The notes below the pieces were generated by a model, which saw only the letters and a list, made by a program, of their open reading frames with translations, was not told the DNA's origin and ran no database searches. A program made the position numbers and the translations under genes. Shown one piece after another: positions 1 through 10,300 of a stretch of DNA of 64,000 nucleotides. The stretch's first letter is position 1. Every line of letters begins with the position of its first letter. The stretch comes from a virus. The stretch spans positions 17,470 to 81,469 of the IMG/VR virus record IMGVR_UViG_3300032297_000368; one strand, written 5' to 3'.

Positions 1-271
1 CAGGTTGTTTGAATATTGGTAGATAGTTATTCACATAACCACCTGCAACGTCAACATCACCTTGAGTAAAGAATCTAAAAATGTTAGTTAAAAAATCTTT
101 TTCAGATTCAGTTAATTTACTCTTCCAATCTTTTACATCTTCTGCCATTGGCACCTCAGTATGTAACCAATGTGATTGTTCATGTTTCAACCAAGCATCA
201 TATGCCCAAGGATAGTGAAACGGTTTAAAACTTGTACGATCTTCTAACAAATTTGATTTTTTCTTACTCAT
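1..271 (-). CDS. nrdB: Ribonucleotide reductase class Ia beta subunit (N-terminal part; runs off the window edge)
   Basis: Hand translation from ATG at 271: MSKKKSNLLEDRTSFKPFHYPWAYDAWLKHEQSHWLHTEVPMAEDVKDW...FRFFTQGDVDVAGGY, a typical R2 N-terminus. Lies downstream of nrdA and trx. Not in the ORF track. Confidence 0.95.
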   Translation of the reverse strand, partial: MSKKKSNLLEDRTSFKPFHYPWAYDAWLKHEQSHWLHTEVPMAEDVKDWKSKLTESEKDFLTNIFRFFTQGDVDVAGGYVNNYLPIFKQP

Positions 272-509
272 TTATCCATGCCTCTAATTCTTGTTTTGAT
301 TTTGTACCAACCATCTTTTTCAATACTGTATTATCTTCGACCATAATTAAAGTAGGAACTGATCTAATTCCATATTCAGAAGCAATTTCATTATGCACAT
401 CAATATCAATAACCTCAATAGGTAAATTTGTATTGACTTGTTCTAATGTCATTGCTAAGGCCTTACATGGCGCACACCATGAGGCAGTAAATCTTAATAC
501 CTTTTTCAT
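264..509 (-). CDS. trxA: Thioredoxin
   Basis: WCAPC active site and the SVPT cis-Pro motif; located between nrdA and nrdB. Confidence 0.93.
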   Translation of the reverse strand: MKKVLRFTASWCAPCKALAMTLEQVNTNLPIEVIDIDVHNEIASEYGIRSVPTLIMVEDNTVLKKMVGTKSKQELEAWINE

Positions 510-527
510 TTACTCTCCGTTCTTTTC

Positions 528-719
528 TTATTTTTCGCAGGTGCGAGTTCTAGTTACTGTACCATCTGGATTTTTAACTTCTTCCCATGCTGTACACTTT
601 TGTTGTTGTACTTCTTTTTCCATAGTTGCAGGTTTTTCGAATACAGGTTCGATAACGAAATGATTGGCACCCCACCAACCAAAAGCACTTACAAAACCAT
701 ACAATAACATTTCACCCAT
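528..719 (-). CDS. Small hypothetical protein with a hydrophobic N-terminal segment
   Basis: Same strand and tightly packed in the operon; N-terminal hydrophobic stretch. Confidence 0.6.
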   Translation of the reverse strand: MGEMLLYGFVSAFGWWGANHFVIEPVFEKPATMEKEVQQQKCTAWEEVKNPDGTVTRTRTCEK

Positions 720-720
720 T

Positions 721-1365
721 TTATTTCTCCATCAATTCATTAACAAAATCTAACAATAGTTTATGCTGTACGCCACCATGATAATGATCTTTCATCCAAC
801 TATGATATGTGTACCAAATTGGTGTACCTTCAGGATGACAGCCTATAATACCGATGTTGTTTTGTATAATGGCCATCGGGTCACCATTAGCATATCTTGC
901 AATCGTTTCAAACTTTGTTTCATCACCCGCCAATGCACAACCATCAAAGAAAAACATTTTATGGTCTTCACCTTTCCATGTTATAGGCATTGCCTTTGCA
1001 TGTGGTCGTTTAGTATCTGTATTTGGTCTTGTAATATATTGTACAGCATCCACATCTTTTAGTATATTAAAATAATGACTGCCTGCCCAATATGCACCCA
1101 TACAGATACCAAGATACTTGCCACCATTATTCAGAAAATCATATATCTTTGTTCCATTATTATTGAACAGTTGATGCCATGATTCTGAATCTCCCTCGCC
1201 ACCAGGAAAAGCAACAACATCAACATCATCAAAGAAATCTTTTTCTACTTGATGTTTGGTGAATATTTTAAACATGTATTCGTCAGATAAAGCTTCAATT
1301 ATACCATTACCACATTGTATGGAACATCTGGGGTGGTGCAAAAAGAGAGCCATCTTACGTTTCAT
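721..1365 (-). CDS. Class I glutamine amidotransferase-like protein (BPL_N-like)
   Basis: FPGG, YLGICMGAY nucleophile elbow and HPE motifs. Confidence 0.8.
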   Translation of the reverse strand: MKRKMALFLHHPRCSIQCGNGIIEALSDEYMFKIFTKHQVEKDFFDDVDVVAFPGGEGDSESWHQLFNNNGTKIYDFLNNGGKYLGICMGAYWAGSHYFNILKDVDAVQYITRPNTDTKRPHAKAMPITWKGEDHKMFFFDGCALAGDETKFETIARYANGDPMAIIQNNIGIIGCHPEGTPIWYTYHSWMKDHYHGGVQHKLLLDFVNELMEK

Positions 1366-3165
1366 TTAACCCTCACATGCTATGCATACAACTTCTTCAG
1401 TTGCTAACTGTTTCAAATCAATCTCCTCCATTACTTGTCGTTCGATTCGTTTTGATACTTTATCAGCCTTACCAATTTTTTCTGAACGGCAATAGTATAA
1501 AGTCTTCAAGCCTGTTTTCCATGCCATGAAATGAATTGCATGTAAGTACTTCACATTAACATCAGGTCTAAAGAAAATATTAATAGATTGTGCTTGATCG
1601 ATATATTCTTGACGATCAGCAGCATGCTGTATAATCCAACGTTGATCTATTTCCATAGATGTTTTGAATACATCTTTAGTCCAATCATCCATCCATTCTA
1701 GATGTTGTACTGAACCGTCATTTGCAATGATACTTGACCATACTTCATCATAATCTAACTCTTTATCATCCTCACATGCCTTTTTAATGATAACATCTAA
1801 GAACTTATTTTTGTTAAGGTGAGAGCCTGAGAGCGTATCTTGTCTATATGCATTTGCTCGATATGGCTCAACACTAGGAGAAGTGTTGCCCATGATAATA
1901 GAACTGCTAGCATTGGGTGCAATAGCCATGAGATGGCTGAAGCGCTGACCAGTACCTGCAGCATCCGGAGCTTCACCACGTTCTTTGCCGAGTTGGAGAT
2001 TGGCATCGTTAAGTCCCTCTCTTATATGTTTAAACATTTGTACATTACGACCTGTGGCCATTGGTGATTCAAATGCTAAGTTTTTCTTTTGTAGATAAGC
2101 ATGAAAGCCGAGAGCGCCAATACCAATAGACCGTTCACGAATAGCACTGTATCTTGCCCTTTGTATGCTGTCAGGAGCATTATCAATGAAATGCTGAAGG
2201 ACGTTATCGAGCATCTCTGCAACGTCCCGAAGAAAAAGTTTGTCATCTTTCCAATCATCATAATACTCCAAATTCAAAGAAGATAAACAACATACAGCAG
2301 TACGTTCTTTATCGGTTGGTAAAATAATTTCACTACACAAATTCGATTGTTTAATACTTAAACCTAATTTCTTTTGAAACTCTGGCATTGCTCTGTTACT
2401 TGTATCAATGAAGTGAATGTATGGTTCGCCTGTTTGCATACGCATTTCTAAAACTCTCTGCCATAATTCACGTGCTGATACTTTCTCTTTAACATCACCT
2501 GAATGAGGATCTTTTAATTCCCATGTATCATCAGCATCAGGATCAATCATACACTTTTCAATAATATGCATGAAGTCATCGGTGATATTAATACCATGGT
2601 GTAAATTTAATGTTCTTAAATTAGGATCACCTGTAGGTTTTCTCATCTCTAAAAACAACAAAATATCTGGATGACTAATATCAAGATAAGCGGCATAACT
2701 GCCACGCCGAGTACGACCTTGACGATAGGCGAGACTTGAAGCATCATATGTACGTAAATGAGGCATAATACCAACAGACTTATCATCAGCACTACGAATT
2801 CCCAAGCCAATTCCTACTCCTCCACCTAGCATTGAGAGCCAGTTGACTTCCGAGAGGGTATTGACAAGACCTTCTGCACTATCATCAAGATAAGGGAGGA
2901 AACAACTGATAGGCAAACCACGCTTGCTACGGCCAAAAGATAGAATAGGAGTAGAATAGCTGAGCCAATGCCTGCTGCTATAATTATAAAGACGCTGAGC
3001 GTGAGCCAAATTAGATCCAAAACTTTTGCTAACATATGCAAACCTTTCTTGTGGTGAGGTTTCATCCTCTTTCATATATGATTCTTTTAATCTTTTAATT
3101 CCTAATTCATCGAATAAATTATCACGTGAATAGTCTACCGTGATACCATGTACCGTTTTTTCCAT
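1366..3165 (-). CDS. nrdA: Ribonucleotide reductase class Ia alpha subunit (short form, no ATP cone)
   Basis: PISCF, SNLCSEI (thiyl Cys), APNASSS, LKTLYY and C-terminal CIACEG. Confidence 0.97.
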   Translation of the reverse strand: MEKTVHGITVDYSRDNLFDELGIKRLKESYMKEDETSPQERFAYVSKSFGSNLAHAQRLYNYSSRHWLSYSTPILSFGRSKRGLPISCFLPYLDDSAEGLVNTLSEVNWLSMLGGGVGIGLGIRSADDKSVGIMPHLRTYDASSLAYRQGRTRRGSYAAYLDISHPDILLFLEMRKPTGDPNLRTLNLHHGINITDDFMHIIEKCMIDPDADDTWELKDPHSGDVKEKVSARELWQRVLEMRMQTGEPYIHFIDTSNRAMPEFQKKLGLSIKQSNLCSEIILPTDKERTAVCCLSSLNLEYYDDWKDDKLFLRDVAEMLDNVLQHFIDNAPDSIQRARYSAIRERSIGIGALGFHAYLQKKNLAFESPMATGRNVQMFKHIREGLNDANLQLGKERGEAPDAAGTGQRFSHLMAIAPNASSSIIMGNTSPSVEPYRANAYRQDTLSGSHLNKNKFLDVIIKKACEDDKELDYDEVWSSIIANDGSVQHLEWMDDWTKDVFKTSMEIDQRWIIQHAADRQEYIDQAQSINIFFRPDVNVKYLHAIHFMAWKTGLKTLYYCRSEKIGKADKVSKRIERQVMEEIDLKQLATEEVVCIACEG

Positions 3166-3184
3166 TTAATCCTCTTTGTTATTT

Positions 3185-3814
3185 TTATTGTACTGCTGCG
3201 ACTACATTAGGGAACTTTTCAGAAATAATATCCCAACATTTTTTTGCCACATCCATGTGTTCTTTCTGTGTACCATTTGCCATCCGTAGAGTGCAGTAAT
3301 GGATCCACGAACGTAAAGTTCCGTTCATGTATAATTTTGATTGTGTGTTGCCTTCTGGTAGTACAGACCTTGCTTGTTCTTTAGCAATACCGTTATTGAT
3401 TGCCCATTCATAAGCATTCTTCGATTCTTCAATCACTCGCCTTTGTCTTTCTTCCCATCGTACCTGCAATGATAGGTCGTCAGTCGTAATACTATTTTGT
3501 CTGTTTTTATTGTCTTGCAATCTTGCTTCACGTAATTCAAATGACAAATCTTTTGTTGGATCAGCATATCGTTGGCTGAATTCTTGAAACGAGAAACTTC
3601 TGTGTCGTAATATCTGTCTTGCAATATCACGTGTTGTGTTTATTTCCATTACTATATTTACCATCTCAAATGGTGACCAATGTTGATTCTTAATCAAATA
3701 ACGAATCAACTTTTCATTGCCTTCGGTAGTGTTTTGGTTACTAGGATTAGATACCCTAGCCATATAGACAATTAAATTCTCATCACCCGAAACACCAATC
3801 ATCTTTACATTCAT
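3185..3814 (-). CDS. thyX: Flavin-dependent thymidylate synthase
   Basis: HWSPFE and RHRSFSFQEFSQRY motif. Start moved to MNVK at 3814 (ATGA overlap with the primase stop). Confidence 0.97.
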   Translation of the reverse strand: MNVKMIGVSGDENLIVYMARVSNPSNQNTTEGNEKLIRYLIKNQHWSPFEMVNIVMEINTTRDIARQILRHRSFSFQEFSQRYADPTKDLSFELREARLQDNKNRQNSITTDDLSLQVRWEERQRRVIEESKNAYEWAINNGIAKEQARSVLPEGNTQSKLYMNGTLRSWIHYCTLRMANGTQKEHMDVAKKCWDIISEKFPNVVAAVQ

Positions 3815-4827
3815 ATCTTCTTCCAATAATTAAATTTCAAATTCGCTTTAACACCTTGAAACGTGTTATTACTTATAATATCTTGCACTTCACCTGCTGA
3901 AATGCCATTTTGTATCATCTCATTGATATCTTTGCCTTCCATAGTGTCTGGCCAGATAACAACTTTACGACCTGCCTTGATGGCTGTCTGAACCATCTTG
4001 ACAATTTCTTTATTACGAGGTTCATTATCAAAGACCAAAACAACATTCTCAACATTCATCGATTCAGCAGTTTTGTTCAGATTTGCATCACCAGAAGCGA
4101 TAGTATTATTTAGAAACAAACTGTCTATGGGACCTTCTACAATCTGTATAACCTGTGATTGATTTATTGTATCGAGACCATAGATTAATTTGTCTTCACT
4201 ATCATTTGTTCTGAGAGTTACATATCTGAGTTTATATGTAGTCTCTCCCAAAGCACGACCGGATACTGCAATTAATTCTTTATTCTGATTGTAGAATGGT
4301 ATAACCAAACGAGCATCATTAGTAATTGTTTTGCCATGATCTGGCACCAATGCATTAACAAAATCTAGATACTTCTCAGTGAACAACAATTTATTCCATT
4401 TATCTTTAGGAATATTTCTTGCAATAACATAATCTTTACAGTAGTGACCATCAGGCAATTCTGACACATACATTGCATGTTCAAAAGATTTCTTGATGAT
4501 AGGTAATCTAGTCTTGATTGGTAGTGGAGCTTCCACAACCTTGTTAGTCTCACCTGTTTTATACCGTTCAAGTACATATTCTCTATGTACCGCAGGATCA
4601 ACTTGTTTAATAAGATTGCCAATGTTCGTGCTTGCTGAACAGTTATGGCAACGGTAGAATAAACTATTTCCCTTTGCAAATGCATACCCACGAGCTTTAG
4701 ATTTATTCTTTTGACTGTCACCACAAATGGGACATGAAAAGTTCCAAAGATAGGCACTCTTCTGCTTAAAGTTCCGCAGACGAGAAGAGATAAGTTTTAA
4801 ATAAGTGGAATCTGTAGATAGTGACAT
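3811..4827 (-). CDS. gp61: DNA primase (T4 gp61)
   Basis: Zn finger CPICGDS...CHNC; TOPRIM motifs VEGPIDSLF, FDNEPRN, KDINEM. Confidence 0.96.
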   Translation of the reverse strand: MSLSTDSTYLKLISSRLRNFKQKSAYLWNFSCPICGDSQKNKSKARGYAFAKGNSLFYRCHNCSASTNIGNLIKQVDPAVHREYVLERYKTGETNKVVEAPLPIKTRLPIIKKSFEHAMYVSELPDGHYCKDYVIARNIPKDKWNKLLFTEKYLDFVNALVPDHGKTITNDARLVIPFYNQNKELIAVSGRALGETTYKLRYVTLRTNDSEDKLIYGLDTINQSQVIQIVEGPIDSLFLNNTIASGDANLNKTAESMNVENVVLVFDNEPRNKEIVKMVQTAIKAGRKVVIWPDTMEGKDINEMIQNGISAGEVQDIISNNTFQGVKANLKFNYWKKI

Positions 4828-4834
4828 AATGCAT

Positions 4835-4863
4835 AATATAATACATCTTTAACACAATGTCAA
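4835..4863 (-). promoter_or_regulatory. Sigma70-type promoter for the primase-thyX-nrd operon
   Basis: TTGACA-17 bp-TATATT on the minus strand, just upstream of the gp61 ATG. Confidence 0.7.
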
Positions 4864-4864
4864 G

Positions 4865-5299
4865 TTAATTAAATAATTTACCTAACATTTCTAATTTGAC
4901 GTTGGAAACTAACCAAGCAAACACAATTACACCACCGGCAACCATCCATCGCCATTGGGATAACTTTTGTATGTCGGCATCTTCTTTGTCATTATGTTCG
5001 GTAATATGATCTCGTAGAGATTTGATTTCATCCATAATTCTACGTTCAGTTAATTCTATCTTATCTGATAGGTTTCTGTCAACTGTAGTAATACGTGAAT
5101 GTAATTCTTTGATGTCGCTCACAGTATCTTCTTTTCTTTTATCCATATCGTTATAGATTTGGTTTGTTAGTGCGGTTTGATTATCTGTGAGCTTTTCAAT
5201 CACACGATCCATTTTGTTGCAAAGATCAGTGAGTGTACTGACTTTTACCTTCAGTACACCCACATCTACCTTTAAATCAACTTCGTTGATATCAGACAA
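4865..5299 (-). CDS. Coiled-coil protein with a C-terminal TM helix (possible lysis accessory)
   Basis: Heptad-like body followed by WRWMVAGGVIVFAWLV; adjacent to the holin-like gene. Confidence 0.55.
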   Translation of the reverse strand: MSDINEVDLKVDVGVLKVKVSTLTDLCNKMDRVIEKLTDNQTALTNQIYNDMDKRKEDTVSDIKELHSRITTVDRNLSDKIELTERRIMDEIKSLRDHITEHNDKEDADIQKLSQWRWMVAGGVIVFAWLVSNVKLEMLGKLFN

Positions 5300-5302
5300 T
5301 TT

Positions 5303-5632
5303 TTACTCCGAATTGCCCGCTTTAATCGATTCTACTTTTTCTTGACCTCTAGTCCATGCCGAGATGCCTAGAATTGCCATGAAGGAGATATGAATAAAAC
5401 CCCCGTTTTGTAGAGTCATCGATTGCCATTGACGAAATGCATCATTCGAAGCTTCTGTTTCCCAGAATTGAATGATTGAGAATAAAATTGGAAATAAAAC
5501 AAAATCGCAGATATTGATAATCATGTAAGTTACAGCCATCATAGGACGCCATTTACTGGTCATCCAATCTTCCGATTTTTGTTGAGCTTCTGTTACTGGT
5601 GGTTCAACCACTTCTTCTTTTTTAGTTGCCAT
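5303..5632 (-). CDS. Putative holin (holin-of-3TMs-like)
   Basis: WMTSKWRPMMA...LGISAWTRGQEK pattern, hydrophobic helices, charged C-terminus. Confidence 0.7.
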   Translation of the reverse strand: MATKKEEVVEPPVTEAQQKSEDWMTSKWRPMMAVTYMIINICDFVLFPILFSIIQFWETEASNDAFRQWQSMTLQNGGFIHISFMAILGISAWTRGQEKVESIKAGNSE

Positions 5633-5633
5633 G

Positions 5634-5840
5634 TTATGCTCCTATCTTGGCGAGTTTATTATTTATCTTTTTAAGTAATTCACTTTTTTGTTCCTCAGTT
5701 TCATCTTCAACTAATATCGAATTTTCTACATCAAAACTTTTAAGTGTTAGTATGAAAGTATCTTTATCGATTACTTTATCGTCATACATCTTACAAATAT
5801 CTGGAAAGTTTGATTCTAAAGCATGAAAGTATTTTGCCAT
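5634..5840 (-). CDS. Hypothetical protein
   Basis: In-operon ORF with an AGGA Shine-Dalgarno upstream. Confidence 0.6.
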   Translation of the reverse strand: MAKYFHALESNFPDICKMYDDKVIDKDTFILTLKSFDVENSILVEDETEEQKSELLKKINNKLAKIGA

Positions 5841-5853
5841 TTTTTATCCTTGA

Positions 5854-7395
5854 TTATAAATTATACCCATATGTTATGTATATTCTACCTGCACTACCAG
5901 TAACACCTAATCCATCACCTCCATTACCAGCTGTACCTCTATTAGCATCATTAGTATTTGCTGCTACTTTTTGACCACCAGTATTAGAAGCAGGATTTAA
6001 AACTTCAGTAGGATGAATATAACCACTGCCGCCACCGCCGCCATATGCTGCTGAAGTGTGTCCGCCACCGCCACCGCCATAGTAACCGCCACCGCCGCCA
6101 CCACCGCCAGCGTTGCTATTTTCGAATCCGCCAGCACCACCTGGCGCCCATCCTAATCCGCCAGCAGCTGGATATGATGCTGATCCGGAACCTCCTTTAC
6201 CTCCAGCTTTATATGATCCTGAGGTTCCTTCTTGTAACGGAACTCCACTGCCACTACCGCCAGCACCTCCAGAGTTTTGTGTTCCTTCTCCTCCGGATAA
6301 TGAGCCAGCATTAATTCCTCTTTGACCTGATTGTCCTCCACCCGCACCACCTAGACCATTAAAGAAAGTGTATGATGCGTAAGAACCTCCTCCGCCACCG
6401 GCAACCATAAGAACTGATACTGTTCCTAAAGTTTCAATACCTGTAGCACCACCGCCACCGCCTGATACTCGTGGTGCTGTGCCTCCAGTTCCACCCGCAC
6501 CAACTGTCATGCCGTATGAATTGGCCTTATACATTTTTAATAATCCACGACTAAATCCTCCGCCGCCGCCAGCATAACTAAGAATCGGACTGCCAGTAGG
6601 ATTACCGCCACCGCCACCAGCACCCCACATAGTAATATTCATCGCTGCATTAACATTAGGTATAATAGTGTATAGCGTTGCAGCTGTTGATATAGTTAAG
6701 GGGCCATCTATAGCAAAAATCCATGTAGATTTTCCGGAGATAGCAGGAGATATAGAAAAAACCGCAGTATTAGCTACACCTAAATTGAAAGTTCTATCCG
6801 ATGATTGATATTCAGTATCAGTTGCTCTTACTGTAAATGAATAGGTAGTGTAAGGTATACTTAACTGTATATTTCCGGTTAATAAACCGCCACTACTCAA
6901 AGTGATACCTTCAGGTAAACTACCTCCAATTTGTGTATATGATAAGATTGGACTATCTGATGTTGCTACGATAGAAGTAGATACATTTGAATTTGTTGTT
7001 TGTATTGGTAACGTAGTTGATGTTTGCCATGTTATTGCTCCGCCAATCTTCAATAATCCCGTTTTAAAGGCCGTTGATCCTGAAGGATTCTGTACATATA
7101 AATTATAGTTGCCATTGTTGGCAGCAGGAACAACTGCTCGAATTTGTGTTGATGTTGCACTAGTAACTGTCAAACTTGTATTAACATTAAAGTATGCCTG
7201 CACATTCGGAGCAAATCCAAAACCATTAATTATAATATAACCACCGGTATTATCTACGGCGGCTATATTTGCAAATTCATTTAAAGTATTATAATTTGAA
7301 TTTGTAACTTCAACATTCGCAATTCGAACTACATTGATCGAATATTTTTCGAATACAGATGTGTCGATATTATAATCAAATACTTTTTGTGCCAT
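5854..7395 (-). CDS. Virion fibre/adhesin: IPT/TIG-like N-terminus, Ig-like domain, glycine-rich C-terminal domain
   Basis: GSLPEGITLSSGGLLTG...FTVRATD Ig motif; WGAGGGGG, VAGGGGG and GGGGGGYYGGGGG Gly-rich motifs resembling gp38-like adhesins. Confidence 0.75.
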   Translation of the reverse strand: MAQKVFDYNIDTSVFEKYSINVVRIANVEVTNSNYNTLNEFANIAAVDNTGGYIIINGFGFAPNVQAYFNVNTSLTVTSATSTQIRAVVPAANNGNYNLYVQNPSGSTAFKTGLLKIGGAITWQTSTTLPIQTTNSNVSTSIVATSDSPILSYTQIGGSLPEGITLSSGGLLTGNIQLSIPYTTYSFTVRATDTEYQSSDRTFNLGVANTAVFSISPAISGKSTWIFAIDGPLTISTAATLYTIIPNVNAAMNITMWGAGGGGGNPTGSPILSYAGGGGGFSRGLLKMYKANSYGMTVGAGGTGGTAPRVSGGGGGATGIETLGTVSVLMVAGGGGGSYASYTFFNGLGGAGGGQSGQRGINAGSLSGGEGTQNSGGAGGSGSGVPLQEGTSGSYKAGGKGGSGSASYPAAGGLGWAPGGAGGFENSNAGGGGGGGGYYGGGGGGHTSAAYGGGGGSGYIHPTEVLNPASNTGGQKVAANTNDANRGTAGNGGDGLGVTGSAGRIYITYGYNL

Positions 7396-10300
7396 TTAAT
7401 AACCTATAGGGTAAGACTGATACATTTCGTTGGTTAAATTTGCAGTATATCTAGCACCTCTAGTTATACGAAAGTCTTGTATGTGTCCATAATAAGGTTG
7501 CGATGTTGTGGTACCGCCAATATAATGAGCATTGACAGTGTGATTGTTTGCATCTATCCAAATGGCACCTGATCGTGAACCATCTATGTATATAGAAACA
7601 TTACTATTATAACGTTCAACAGCAACATGAACCCACGTATTACTTGTAATTGCAGCTGTACTAATTCTGTCGGCACCACCCATATAATATCTAACGTTGT
7701 TTGTGGTGGACAGATAAATTAATGGACTGTTTTGTGTTGTTGCACTTCTTTGGTCATAAATTGTTTGTTGTGCTGCACCATATCTATAAATCCAAAACTC
7801 AATGCACCAATTTCCTGTGCCAAAGTTTTCTGTTTCAGAACGTGCTGGTGCCATTTGAAGATAGTCACCAGTTCCGTCAAACCATAAAGAAGTATTCGAA
7901 TACTTATTTTTAAAAGTATTATATGTTCCACCAGCTCTTGATGGTGCTGGCCAAGATTTGGGATCAGCGATAGTTTGAAGATTATGTCTTGTTGTGTAAT
8001 CAACAATACCACCTGTATCAAAATTCATCAACAATACGGTATTGGCAGTTCTTGTTACTGGAGCTGTAGGTGGTGCCGAGTTGGCAGTATAAATCGCATC
8101 GCCTTTAACTATACGTAAATTCGAATAATAACCGAACATAGTAGCATTGTTAAATGCACCTATCGATAGTGGTACTGTTGATAATGTTGGATTAGGTGTA
8201 CCAGATATTGCTACAGCAGGATTAGCCTCACCATTAACCCATACCCTTATACCAGAACTTGTAATAGTAACGGCTAAGTGATTCCATTCCATAGCCTTTA
8301 CAGTTTTAGTAGAAACTACATATTGTGATGTACCATTATTATATTGAAATACTACTGTGCCTGCGGCTCTTAAACCGAAAGACCAATAAGTGGTTGCTGC
8401 AGCAATTGCTTGAGAACCTATTATATGAGGTACAGTTGTAGTTACTGGTAAAGAAATAGCATAGAACCAAAGTTCTATTGTGTAAGGAACTACTACACCA
8501 CTACCTGTTTGCCACCAATCATATAATTCTTTACTATAAGGAATAGTAAAATAATTTCCAGCATCTTGAGCTAACCAACTTGCACCATGTAGGTGTGGTT
8601 GATATGCATTACTACCCCTAAATGGACCAAATGGTATTATTTTAGTATTATCACCATTTCTTGTCACAGCAAAATTATTATTACTTTTATCTCTAAAGCG
8701 ATTATCAGCTAAGAGTAAAAGTTTAGTATTAGCTTCTACAGTTAATGGTTCTGTTGGAGGTGTGAATACTTGTGTACCCGTTGTAGTTTCTGTAGTTTGA
8801 TATAAAGTAGGAACAGAGTTAATTGTAACTCTAAAATTACTAATCCAACCTTTAAATTGTTCGTTTACATCTGTGGTTGCACCAACGGATAAAGGACTCG
8901 ATTGATCTGGAAAAACTATAGCATTATTAGCACGACCAGCTAATATACCGTTCAAAAATATACGGAAAGTTTCGCCGGTTCTAGTAATGCAAAGGTGATT
9001 CCATTTATTCAAATTGGGTGTATAATAAATTGAAGTACTGATACCTAAGCCCGAAGAACCTTGGAATGAAAGTTGTGCAATTGGCAATCCACCGAACGCA
9101 AAATAATACCTACCAGCGCCACCGCCACTGGCGAGACCATTATAACTCCAAACTATACCAAAAACTTGTTGATCGGTTGCTGGATGTATCCAACATTCAA
9201 TACAATGATCGTAGTTCGATAAGTATAAATTTGTGTTTGCAGCTACCGTTATGTAATCTATGTTTGTAGAAGTGCCGTCAAAATAACCAGAATAACCATA
9301 AGGACTAAACGGACTAAAAGAACCAACCGGACCGTTTTGTGCTGCAGGATAAGTTATTAATCCTCCTGTTTTAGAAGTATCGACTAATCTCTTATTATTT
9401 TCACCATCATATGTTTGCATCATTAATAGAACGGTGTTGGCATCTACGTCTGCCGGAACTGTTGGTGGTGTTGTATTGGCAGTCCATAATGCAGTATTTT
9501 TTAATACTCGAAGACCGTGCAGATAACCAATCATAGGACTACCACCGGCAGTTTGACCATCGGCACCAATTGAAGGTCTATTAGCTTTTGTGATAAAAGA
9601 TACGACAGATGTTGAAGTAGCACCAGTCTGTAATCCATTCATAAAAAGTCTTAAAGTATTATTTCTACGAGAGAGTAATAAATGTGTCCAAGCATTACGT
9701 GGCATTTGAGCACCCGTAATTAAAACTGTCGCATTATTTGTTGTTACTGTTACTGCACCTGTAGTTATTGCTTGGCCAATTCTAAGTCTTCCAGTTCCTG
9801 TAGCATCAGACAGAGCATTAGTATCGAAATACATGGACGCAGCAGCATATGTTCCTGTGTAATACACCCAACATTCCCAAGTAAAATCACCAGTTAATAA
9901 GTTAAAATCTGTACTATTTCCTGGATCAGCCAACATGTAGTCGCCAGTGCCATCAAAATAAGTTGATCCTAGTCTTGCTGTATTATTGTATGCAGTATTG
10001 TCACCAAAAGGATTGAAAGGACGTGCAGCAACATCATTGAGTCTTGTTATAGTAAAATTTCTATCACTACGATCAACGAGATATCTATCTTGAAGTGTTA
10101 ATAATACTGTATTCGAATTTTTTTGTAACTTCGTTGTCGGTGGTGTAAATGCAGCACCATAAGCAGAAGCTCTGAGCTGAACTCTAACATCAAATATAAA
10201 TGAAGAGGTAACTACGTTTGTTGTGCCTGATACTCCAATACCAAATGTTGCTGTATTTCTAGGTATAGTTCCTGATAATGTAACAGTTCCTCCTGAAACA

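Noticed and set aside
6020-6630. Dense CCGCCA/CCACCG repeats
   Set aside because: These are codon-level consequences of poly-Gly tracts, not a CRISPR array, VNTR or DGR repeat pair; no reverse transcriptase is present.
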